Origin: Candidatus Iainarchaeum sp.
GTDB lineage: Archaea > Iainarchaeota > Iainarchaeia > Iainarchaeales > JAFCCJ01
Assembly: GCA_043816965.1 (NCBI GenBank)
Contig: JBDRHK010000055.1
Coordinates: 1 to 32,595, forward strand
Reading direction: 5' to 3'
DNA: 32,595 nt
Shown here: positions 9,307-17,209 of the stretch, one piece after another
Layout: every line of letters starts with the position of its first letter
Numbering within the stretch: position 1 is the stretch's first letter
The notes under the pieces: model-generated
What the model was told of the DNA's origin: nothing
Database searches by the model: none
The model's input: the letters and a program-made list of their open reading frames with translations, nothing else
Program-made: the position numbers and the translations under genes

Positions 9307-9947
9307 TTAAACCCCCCCTCCTCTTCAGGCAGGTTTGGGGGATGGACGATTTCGCCAACTTTTGTCTTTGCCAAACCGCAACTGCTGATGCTGCATGGAA
9401 TAACATGCAATTTTGTTATGCCGCCCTCCAATTCCTTGACATAAATCAAGGTGTTTGCCTGGGAAGTGGATTGCGGGTCGATTATTGCCTCTTCTGAATC
9501 CTGCCAATCCCTGGAACATACATCAGTATAATCGCAATTGTCCCAATAATAAAAATTTATTTCAGAATCCATAGTCCTTACAGAAGATGCCGTAATTGAT
9601 TTAGCCTCATCAGGGTCATCAATGTACTCCCTCCTGTCGAACATTGAATAAATCAAATAATCGACAGCTTTGTCATCCACCATTATTTCCTGGGTTGTTA
9701 CCCTCACCACATAGTAATTCTTGCGCTCAAGCACATTTACCGAGGGCCTGAAAACATCATAAACCACCTCGCAGGTTGTGGAGGAGCTTAGTATTGAGGA
9801 GAGTTTTTTGGAGGATTCCCTCAACAGAAGCCTTGATTGGTCGGCCTTAACTATTTCAACCAGCCCGAAGGTGAAGTATGTCACAATTGAAAATATGGCG
9901 ACAACAAATATGAGAAGGTTTATCTTGCTCAGTATGTATCCAAGCAA
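9300..9947 (-). CDS. Signal-anchored pilus-associated protein (215 aa, TTG start)
   Basis: N-terminal hydrophobic helix without a KG/RG leader, followed by a Cys-containing soluble domain. It abuts both neighbours within the pilin operon. Confidence 0.75.
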   Translation of the reverse strand: MLGYILSKINLLIFVVAIFSIVTYFTFGLVEIVKADQSRLLLRESSKKLSSILSSSTTCEVVYDVFRPSVNVLERKNYYVVRVTTQEIMVDDKAVDYLIYSMFDRREYIDDPDEAKSITASSVRTMDSEINFYYWDNCDYTDVCSRDWQDSEEAIIDPQSTSQANTLIYVKELEGGITKLHVIPCSISSCGLAKTKVGEIVHPPNLPEEEGGFKC

Positions 9948-10529
9948 TTAAATCACTTTTTTCCTGTAGACACAAACTATCGGGCTGGAACCATATACAT
10001 TGAACCTGTTTACTAATGTATATCTGCCCTCGGTTATCACATTCTTGTTTTCCCAGCTCCCTTCGGGAATCTCGTACTTGGCATCGTCGCCATCTATCGG
10101 AACAGTCCCATCATCACAGGGGGCGCCATCAGGAAAGGTGGTGGTGGGATTTATTTTCAGGCATACTGTGCCCACCCCATAATATTCCTGATTGTGGAAC
10201 CTCAAAAGATTGCATTGGGTGGATGACCCGCCGCAGTAATGGGAACAGATTATTTCCTCATCAACATATTCAATAACCAGCTTGCTCTCATTTGGGTTGG
10301 GGTTGTAGCATGAAGGCAGCTTGTACTCCACATCAGGATTCTCCAGGCCCTTTGCTGAATTTTCAATGGCAAATTTTAGGTTGGAAAGGGTGTTATGCAT
10401 CTCAAGCTCGCACTGGGTTTTCCCAAATTCCTCCATTGCGAGAAGGCCAATTGCAAGCACAAACACCATTATGATTACTGAAATCATTACCACAAACGGC
10501 GCCGACTCCTGTCCCTTTGAATCAAGCAT
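9948..10529 (-). CDS. Class III signal peptide pilin-like protein, Cys-rich (193 aa)
   Basis: DSKG/QESAPFVVMISVIIMVFVLAIGLLAM; multiple Cys; TTTAAATA box about 23 nt upstream. Confidence 0.82.
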   Translation of the reverse strand: MLDSKGQESAPFVVMISVIIMVFVLAIGLLAMEEFGKTQCELEMHNTLSNLKFAIENSAKGLENPDVEYKLPSCYNPNPNESKLVIEYVDEEIICSHYCGGSSTQCNLLRFHNQEYYGVGTVCLKINPTTTFPDGAPCDDGTVPIDGDDAKYEIPEGSWENKNVITEGRYTLVNRFNVYGSSPIVCVYRKKVI

Positions 10530-10566
10530 AGGAAAGAAAACGCTTTACAAGTATTTAAATATGGCG

Positions 10567-10713
10567 TTATGACGGCTTCCTAACCTGGGTTGCCTGCTTA
10601 AACATTGGCTTAATCAGGGCAATTATAAGCAGTGCGGCGATAGCGAAAACAATAAGCAGGTAAATGGAACTCCATTCGCTCTGCGCCCTTTCCTCATTCC
10701 AAAAAGAAACCAT
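10567..10713 (-). CDS. Mini-pilin (48 aa) with class III signal peptide; absent from the ORF track
   Basis: Hand translation: MVSFWNEERA/QSEWSSIYLLIVFAIAALLIIALIKPMFKQATQVRKPS*. It fills the intergenic gap and has its own TTTAAATA box at 10736-10743. Confidence 0.8.
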   Translation of the reverse strand: MVSFWNEERAQSEWSSIYLLIVFAIAALLIIALIKPMFKQATQVRKPS

Positions 10714-10752
10714 AAATGAAATAGATATAAGGAACTATTTAAATTTGCCTGT

Positions 10753-11283
10753 TTAAGAAGATTCTTCTGTGATTGACACTATGCAGAACCTTGCCGAGGA
10801 TTCATCATCAAAATCAGGGCAATCGTCGGGGTCAAGCTCGTCCGTAAGGCCGTTATCCTCTATGTCCTGCGCTATCTCCTTTCCCCTGCTGCATATTATC
10901 CATAATCCGGTTGCCTGGGTTGTGCTGCCGGTGTACCTAATTGAGCGCGGAAGCACCTCAAACCGGGCATCTTCATCATAAGGCGGCCCCACCTGAACAC
11001 ATACTTGATCCGAACTTAACTCTTGAGTCCCCTCGGCAATTGGCTTTGCCGCAAGTATTGTTTCAGGCTGGAATGTAACTTTCCCTATTTTTTTCGGGAT
11101 TCCAAGCTCATTTACAAGCTTCTTTACATTCTTCTGCGCCTCATCCATCGGGTCTTTGGTAACAAAGAAATCAAGGCCCCCAAGAATTGAGAATAGAATC
11201 ATAAGTATGGAAACGGCAACAACTGCAGCTATCAGAAGCTTGAAAACACTGTATGCCTGTCCTTTTGATTTCATCCGACTCAC
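10753..11283 (-). CDS. Type IV pilin-like protein, paralogue A (176 aa; alternative ATG at 11274)
   Basis: KSKG/QAYSVFKLLIAAVVAVSILMILF; four Cys; alignable end-to-end with 11334..11879; TTTATATA box at 11304-11311. Confidence 0.85.
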   Translation of the reverse strand: MSRMKSKGQAYSVFKLLIAAVVAVSILMILFSILGGLDFFVTKDPMDEAQKNVKKLVNELGIPKKIGKVTFQPETILAAKPIAEGTQELSSDQVCVQVGPPYDEDARFEVLPRSIRYTGSTTQATGLWIICSRGKEIAQDIEDNGLTDELDPDDCPDFDDESSARFCIVSITEESS

Positions 11284-11333
11284 GTTAATAGATAAAACGA
11301 GGATATATAAAAAGGTTTTGTTTGAGGGGGCAG

Positions 11334-11879
11334 TTATACTGATTCTGCAACAATGCCTATTATGCAGACCCTTTCAGATGTTCCCCTGTCAATAATATTA
11401 ATAAATTCAGAACTGCATTCACTGGTGTCCAGCACGGAATCAATGTCAAGGTCTTCCAAATCCTCATTTAGTTCATTTGCCCTGCTGCAAAGCAGTAAGA
11501 TTCCTTCAGATTGTTCTAGATTACCTGAATACCTAATTACCTTCCCCTTAGTAACCACATCAAATCTCTCCTTGTTTGTTGCAGTTTCACCTACCACTAA
11601 GCAAACTTGGCTAGCTCCCAAAGTATCTGTTGCCTCTGCCAGTGTTTTTGAAACAATTGTAGTATCAGTTTGGAACTTAACACTATCAATTTTTTTAGGG
11701 GTTCCAGGAGAATCAATAATGGATTTTAAATTTTCTATAATCTTCTGGGAAGGATCTTGCCCAGGAATCGGCGGTTTAATAATACTCAAAAGAACCACCA
11801 ATATTGCAACTGCAACAATTGCCGCTATCAGCAGCTTGAAAACACTGAATTCCTGCCCTTTTTGATTCATCGAAATCAT
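11334..11879 (-). CDS. Type IV pilin-like protein, paralogue B (181 aa)
   Basis: NQKG/QEFSVFKLLIAAIVAVAILVVLL; four Cys in the same positions as paralogue A; TTTTTATA box at 11903-11910. Confidence 0.85.
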   Translation of the reverse strand: MISMNQKGQEFSVFKLLIAAIVAVAILVVLLSIIKPPIPGQDPSQKIIENLKSIIDSPGTPKKIDSVKFQTDTTIVSKTLAEATDTLGASQVCLVVGETATNKERFDVVTKGKVIRYSGNLEQSEGILLLCSRANELNEDLEDLDIDSVLDTSECSSEFINIIDRGTSERVCIIGIVAESV

Positions 11880-11951
11880 GCTAAATAAGTATGGCGTGGT
11901 GGTATAAAAAGCTATTGTTTTGCTTTGGTTGGGGATTCGATTCAGATGAAT

Positions 11952-12401
11952 TCAGTCAATTTCCTTTGCAAAGGAAATAAAGCAGCCAAAGCCGCATTCA
12001 TCAGGATAACTCCCGAAATCTGAATCATCAACAGGCTCACACACCATATACACATCAGTAAGGTGCCGCCGCGTTATTTCAACAGATTCCGAGTGCAGCA
12101 CAAATATCTCATTCTCAATAGAATCCAGTTCAAGGCAGTCCCCATCAATGCCCATTTTTGCCCCAAGGGCAGAACGGGAATAACTTGTATTATCAAAATA
12201 AATATCCGAGACAATAAGTATCTGCCCATTTGGCTGGTTTGTGGCATCAATAAGGGCGGCATAAAATCTTTCCTTGCTTATGTCTATCTTAAGCTGGTCA
12301 AGGTAGCTTATTGCGCCCAGAATTATTATCAGAATCATCATTGCAAGGATTGCGCCTATAAGGAGCTTGAAAACAGCAAAAGCCTGGCCTCTTTCATCCA
12401 T
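11952..12401 (-). CDS. Type IV pilin-like protein, paralogue C (about 149 aa)
   Basis: DERG/QAFAVFKLLIGAILAMMILIIIL; four Cys; GGTGA RBS overlapping the stop of the upstream membrane-platform gene. The ATG at 12401 is preferred over the TTG at 12404. Confidence 0.82.
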   Translation of the reverse strand: MDERGQAFAVFKLLIGAILAMMILIIILGAISYLDQLKIDISKERFYAALIDATNQPNGQILIVSDIYFDNTSYSRSALGAKMGIDGDCLELDSIENEIFVLHSESVEITRRHLTDVYMVCEPVDDSDFGSYPDECGFGCFISFAKEID

Positions 12402-12405
12402 CAAT

Positions 12406-14700
12406 TCACCCGAAAAGGAATCCGCCCATCACTATGTTTGAAATCATCATGGTTATCACAAATACCGCTATTGCTATCGGGAGAAACCTTGCAAAGTTAA
12501 CCTTGAAAAGGAGGTCATTGTCCTCCTCAATTTTGGAGGTGAAATAAACCATTATAAAGACCAGCTCAAGGATATAAATTCCGACAATAATTATGAATTC
12601 AGTGGGGGTCGCAATCGACTTGAATGATTCGACACTGAAAAAACTTGTAAGGCTTACATCACTAAACCCGCCGCTATCAATTGGCAGGTCATTCTCCAAA
12701 ATGTTGGAGGAGGCAAGTTGAGAAATGGTAACTATAACAATCCTTTGCAGGCTTGTTGTTATTCCCAAAACAATCGGCGCTATAAATATGGACATTGTTT
12801 TCATCATTCCCGTTATGTCACTAACCAAAACCCTGAGATTTTTGTTTACCTTGTCAGCATTTGTAAGCTGGATTGACAGGGAAATCATTGAACGGGCCGC
12901 GACATTAACCCCCAATGAAACAGAATCAACAAGAAGTTTCATCGCCCCCCTAATGACTGAACTTGGATTGTCCTTCAATGCACCATAATTGGGGTCAAAT
13001 ACCGCCGCTTCCAGAGGCATTCCCATGAGGGTTATGTTGTCCAATATCCTCCCGAAAAGATTGTCTGAAATTTTATAATTGGGAAGGAAATTCCTAACGT
13101 GTTTCAGGGCCTCCTCAATCGGCTTGTTCTCTCCCATCCTTGAGGCAATTATGTACAGGGATTCCTTGAATTCTGATTCCATCTGCATTACCTCTTCCTG
13201 AACCCTTTTCTTGTAAATGTTGGTGTAGTAGAAATAGAAAAATATCACAAGGGAGAGGGTGAGCAATATGCCAAACACCAAATTATATGGGGCAATATCA
13301 TTCTCCGACCTCATGAAAAAGATTTTCTCCTCATACCTTACCTGGTCCTCTATGCTATCCGCCGGCACGCCCCTCGCCAGGAGCTGCCGGTAAAGGCTGC
13401 CCTCCTCACTTAGCTCAAAATAAAGCGGGTCGTTGAATTTATTATTCAGCACTTCCTCTTTTGATTTGTCGTACTTTATAAGCTGTGGCTCGTCATCCCC
13501 TATAATGAACCTTGGGGGAAGCCCCTGTGTTGAAAGAAAAACCGAACCAAGGATTCCGATAATTAAAACCCCTGCAATAATCAGCCTTAGGTCAATCAGC
13601 CCTTTGCCAATAACCATCTTCCATTTTGGGGGCAGGCCAGGATAATCATCAGGAATCTGCGGGGGCGCATAGGTAGGGGGCCTTTGGCTAATCAGCTTAA
13701 ATGCGAAAGCAATTGTAACCAGTGGAATCAGGACGTCATAAATGGCAAAAAGAATTAGGGGGTCAGCCATTGGTGCCTGGCTAAATGCAGAGCCGACAGG
13801 GAGGACAATAATCAGGATTAATGGGAGCAAAACACCGAGATAGAAAAGCATTACGGCTGGCTGGTTTAAATCACGCGCATATTGTTCCATCTTCGAACGT
13901 ATTGACGCAAGAACCTCATTCATTGTGTTGTCAAGCATTGCATATCTTTTTGCCTCTGTGTTCTCTATCACTGAGGCCCGGACCATCATCAGCGCCCTCT
14001 TGAATTCCTCGCTGAATTGTCCCCACCTGTATGCCAGGGCATCAAGCGCCTCACTCAAAGTAGAATAAACCCCCAATTGCGTGTCCCAAATCATCTTCCT
14101 GAAATCATTGGCAATCTTTCCCCTGCCATGCTCGGCGGAAAACTCTATTGCCTTCTCAAGGTTGGGGACAAGTTTCATGGACATTATCATATAGCCGACA
14201 ATTTCCGGCACATAAGTAAGGGCTCTAACCTGTTCCTGCTTGGCCTCATTTGAGGGATATGTCTGCACATAATTCACAAGATAAAAGACCGCAACAAGGA
14301 ATGGGACAAAAATGTAAAACAGGTCGAGAAATGGAATCCCCTGGGCAATCTCGCCAACCATCTGGGGAATCGGGGTGAAAAGGAAAATTAGGAAAAGGAT
14401 TATTACTGCAATAATTGCCGAGGCATAAAGTGTGAAGGCAGATGCCGCGGCAAATTCCTCCCCTGTCAGGGGCCATTCAAGGAATTCAACTGCGGCCTTA
14501 TTTTCCTTGTTGAACTGGCCTCCATTTCCAAAGAAGGGAAAGCGGCGGTAGATGCCATGGCAAAAAGAAACAAAGGGATGAACAGCTTTTTTTATGAGCT
14601 TTTTTTCCCCATCCTCAAAATCATCCATTGCCACTGTTATTTTACCATAGAGTTCTCCTGGGCTGCTTTCATTTCTCTGCGGTTTCCTGTTCTTCGGCAA
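12406..14700 (-). CDS. TadC/FlaJ-like (T2SS F family) pilus assembly membrane platform protein with two T2SSF-like halves (764 aa)
   Basis: Polytopic, with two cytoplasmic helical domains (ALTYVPEIVGYMIMSMKLVPNLEKAIEF; EFKESLYIIASRMGENKPIEEAL), each followed by TM helices. Lies 4 nt downstream of a VirB11-type ATPase. Confidence 0.85.
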   Translation of the reverse strand: MPKNRKPQRNESSPGELYGKITVAMDDFEDGEKKLIKKAVHPFVSFCHGIYRRFPFFGNGGQFNKENKAAVEFLEWPLTGEEFAAASAFTLYASAIIAVIILFLIFLFTPIPQMVGEIAQGIPFLDLFYIFVPFLVAVFYLVNYVQTYPSNEAKQEQVRALTYVPEIVGYMIMSMKLVPNLEKAIEFSAEHGRGKIANDFRKMIWDTQLGVYSTLSEALDALAYRWGQFSEEFKRALMMVRASVIENTEAKRYAMLDNTMNEVLASIRSKMEQYARDLNQPAVMLFYLGVLLPLILIIVLPVGSAFSQAPMADPLILFAIYDVLIPLVTIAFAFKLISQRPPTYAPPQIPDDYPGLPPKWKMVIGKGLIDLRLIIAGVLIIGILGSVFLSTQGLPPRFIIGDDEPQLIKYDKSKEEVLNNKFNDPLYFELSEEGSLYRQLLARGVPADSIEDQVRYEEKIFFMRSENDIAPYNLVFGILLTLSLVIFFYFYYTNIYKKRVQEEVMQMESEFKESLYIIASRMGENKPIEEALKHVRNFLPNYKISDNLFGRILDNITLMGMPLEAAVFDPNYGALKDNPSSVIRGAMKLLVDSVSLGVNVAARSMISLSIQLTNADKVNKNLRVLVSDITGMMKTMSIFIAPIVLGITTSLQRIVIVTISQLASSNILENDLPIDSGGFSDVSLTSFFSVESFKSIATPTEFIIIVGIYILELVFIMVYFTSKIEEDNDLLFKVNFARFLPIAIAVFVITMMISNIVMGGFLFG

Positions 14701-14704
14701 TCTT

Positions 14705-16993
14705 TCACTTCCCTAGGTTCTTCACCTTAAGCAGCCTCTTAAGGAGATGGGCATTCATCCAGTTCTTCCACTCACCCAAAGCGGTTTCATAATCAACTTC
14801 CCCATGCTCTTCCAATTGGTCCTCCTTTATGAGCATCAGCTTGTTGTTTGCAATTACTGAATTCTCGGCCTCAAGAAGCATCGGAATATTGTGCTTGTTT
14901 TTCATCTCAACAAGGTAGTTTTTCGCCAAACCGTTCATCCTTATGCTCTGCCACATTTGTTCCATTGTAAGCCCGCTGAAAGAGCTTATCTTTGAGAACA
15001 GCTCGCTCTCTTTTAAGTTATCCTCGAGCAACTCCAAATCATCCTTTTTTGCATTGTAACTCATAAGGTCCAGAAGGGCGTTCTCCTGATCAGGGTCTGT
15101 GGTCCAATGCTTTTTAACCTCTGTAATCTGCACAACCCTCCTATGGCTCCTTAGAGAACCTGAAAACCTTATAGGCCTTGCAACCACAACAATATCTGTT
15201 GCCTTGAATGAGGTATTGGGGACATCCAAATCATTCACAACCCTGTCCCAAACACTGTATGCAGAATCCCCGTGGATTGTACCCATAACAATGTTTCCCG
15301 CGGCACCGACCCTCATTGCCTCATAAAGGACCTTTGCTTCCTTGCTCCTTACCTCACCCAATACAAGGGCAGAATCACCAAGCCTTAAGGCAGTTCTCAA
15401 GGATTCTTCCGGGGAGACCTCGGATTCAGATTTGCTTACCCCTATGGGAGATCTTGTTTTCAGCCTTTGTATGTTGAAGCCTATGTTTTTCAGGTAGGGA
15501 ACAGGAATCTCCAGGGTGTCCTCCTGAACAATTATCCTTGCGTTCTGGAGTATCTCAAGAACTAGGGCAGTCATCAGCGAGGTTTTTCCAGAGCCCCTTG
15601 AGCCTGTTACAAGCATTGTTGCCTGGTTGTCGATGAAGAATGAAATTAGCCCTGCGGCAAGCGGGGGGAGGAAATTAACATCAATGAACTGCGGCAGGGT
15701 CCATGGGGTGACCTTATGGAGGCGGAATGCAAATGCCGTTCCGTCAGGCGCAAGGGGGGGGCCTATTGCCGCAACCCTTGTATCCAAATCAGGGAGGTCA
15801 AAGTCCAAAACAGGATGGGCCTCATCAAATGGCCTTCCGCTCATTGCCCTCATCTTCGAGACCATTGAGCCTGCCTCATCCTCTGTGTAAATCACATTTG
15901 TCTGGCACTGGCCATAATCAGAATGCACAACATATAGCGGCTTCTGCCCTATCGGGGAATCAACATAAATGTCTGTAAGGTTCCTATCAGAGAGAAGAAT
16001 TTCAAGTACCCCATAACCAACAGTATAGCGCGCAACAATCTGGCTAAGCTCAACTATCTCATCCTTCTCCAGATGAATGCTGTTCCCAGTACAGATATCC
16101 CTAATTGTTGATTGATAGACCCTCTCAAAATATTTCCTGCTTTTTGCGATTGTTGAAAGCGACGTCCTCCCTGGGCGGTAGGTTGCAACAACTTCCCTAG
16201 TTTTACTCAGGACAAAGTACTTGTCAGGAGGGAGGGAATATTCAGGGGGGTTTATGAAATACAATCTTTCCGGCTTGTTTGGGTGCTTGAAAATCTGAAC
16301 CGGTGAATCCTTAACCATGTACTCGTCCAGGAGCTCAAGCTTTTCCATCTCATCAAACAGCAGCCTTGAACCGATGAAGCTTGGCTTTACCTGTGCCTCA
16401 AAAAATGTCCTGTATAATTCCCCTGTTTCAGGAACTTCCTCGAGTTTTGAGAGGATTTCCTTCGCGCGCTGAATGAGCTCAGTTGATTCCAGCATCTTCT
16501 TGGTATAAAGAAGTGTTTTCAGGTAAACATCCACATGCTTCCCTGAATCCTTCTCCGCATCATATGCCTGCTTCTCCCTCCTTGTTTCCTGCAGCAGCCT
16601 AATATATGCTGCAAGCGGGTCAAACATCAAAAGTTCATGGGCAATGGTTACAATGGCATCATGCCTTTCCCCAAACTTGGTTTCCCCCTCTATTTTCGCA
16701 TCCCCTAAATGCGAATAGCTCCAGATGCTTTCAACCTCAAATTTCTGGCCAACTGCAGCAATCTCGCCTAGCATCTTTGTCTGCTTTTCCTCATAAACCC
16801 TTTCATAAACCTCTGCAAGTACGATTAAGTCTGCCTCAACCTCCTGCAGAATTCTAAGGACGTGGTTTCTGCATGCCTTGTCATCGGCAACAGAGGTGCC
16901 GTAAATGCAGTCCCTGCAATCAACAAGAAGGTGCCTCTTTCCGCCCTTATCCTTTACAATGTAAGGCCCAACTTCAAATCCGCCAATTTTCAA
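14705..16993 (-). CDS. Type II/IV secretion system (VirB11/TadA/FlaI family) pilus assembly ATPase, long archaeal form (762 aa)
   Basis: Walker A GSRGSGKT, Asp box IIVQEDTLEI, Walker B ALVLGEVR, His box GTIHG. N-terminal CxxC-x11-CxxH. TTG start with GGTGAT RBS. Confidence 0.93.
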   Translation of the reverse strand: MKIGGFEVGPYIVKDKGGKRHLLVDCRDCIYGTSVADDKACRNHVLRILQEVEADLIVLAEVYERVYEEKQTKMLGEIAAVGQKFEVESIWSYSHLGDAKIEGETKFGERHDAIVTIAHELLMFDPLAAYIRLLQETRREKQAYDAEKDSGKHVDVYLKTLLYTKKMLESTELIQRAKEILSKLEEVPETGELYRTFFEAQVKPSFIGSRLLFDEMEKLELLDEYMVKDSPVQIFKHPNKPERLYFINPPEYSLPPDKYFVLSKTREVVATYRPGRTSLSTIAKSRKYFERVYQSTIRDICTGNSIHLEKDEIVELSQIVARYTVGYGVLEILLSDRNLTDIYVDSPIGQKPLYVVHSDYGQCQTNVIYTEDEAGSMVSKMRAMSGRPFDEAHPVLDFDLPDLDTRVAAIGPPLAPDGTAFAFRLHKVTPWTLPQFIDVNFLPPLAAGLISFFIDNQATMLVTGSRGSGKTSLMTALVLEILQNARIIVQEDTLEIPVPYLKNIGFNIQRLKTRSPIGVSKSESEVSPEESLRTALRLGDSALVLGEVRSKEAKVLYEAMRVGAAGNIVMGTIHGDSAYSVWDRVVNDLDVPNTSFKATDIVVVARPIRFSGSLRSHRRVVQITEVKKHWTTDPDQENALLDLMSYNAKKDDLELLEDNLKESELFSKISSFSGLTMEQMWQSIRMNGLAKNYLVEMKNKHNIPMLLEAENSVIANNKLMLIKEDQLEEHGEVDYETALGEWKNWMNAHLLKRLLKVKNLGK

Positions 16994-17102
16994 TTCATAT
17001 CACCATTGCATATTTATGTCCCGTTAAAAACGGGACGACGTATTTCGGTGCAAACGGACGAAACCGTTTCTTCAAATCCGCCAATTTTCAATTCATATCA
17101 CC
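16972..17102. repeat. Perfect 33-bp direct repeat (16972-17004 and 17070-17102) flanking a 65-bp hairpin-containing spacer
   Basis: cttcaaatccgccaattttcaattcatatcacc occurs twice and contains the ATPase RBS and first 7 codons. The spacer has inverted repeats gtcccgtt/aacgggac (17018-17036) and aaacgg/ccgttt (17052-17069). Confidence 0.95.
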
Positions 17103-17209
17103 GCTATGCGCCCAGCATTCATTCCTACCACTACCTAAATCAACCTATATTCCGAAAGAATTAGTCCTATCTTATTATTATATTTTACTAAATTAAAGAA
17201 AGATTACAA

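Noticed and set aside
15754..15761. G8 homopolymer in the ATPase as a phase-variation tract
   Set aside because: It is short and in frame, and it encodes the GPPL motif typical of this ATPase family. There is no evidence of slippage without reads.
7949..16993. Archaellum (fla/arl) operon or conjugative T4SS
   Set aside because: There are no archaellin-type N-termini, no FlaH/FlaF/FlaG and no VirB4/VirD4 or relaxase. The content fits a pilus-type system.
17040..17070. Hammerhead ribozyme suggested by GGACGAAAC
   Set aside because: The required CUGANGA core is not present at a suitable position.
16972..17102. Mini CRISPR array (33-bp repeats)
   Set aside because: There are only two copies, the 65-bp spacer is too long, the repeat is the ATPase RBS and coding start, and there are no cas genes.
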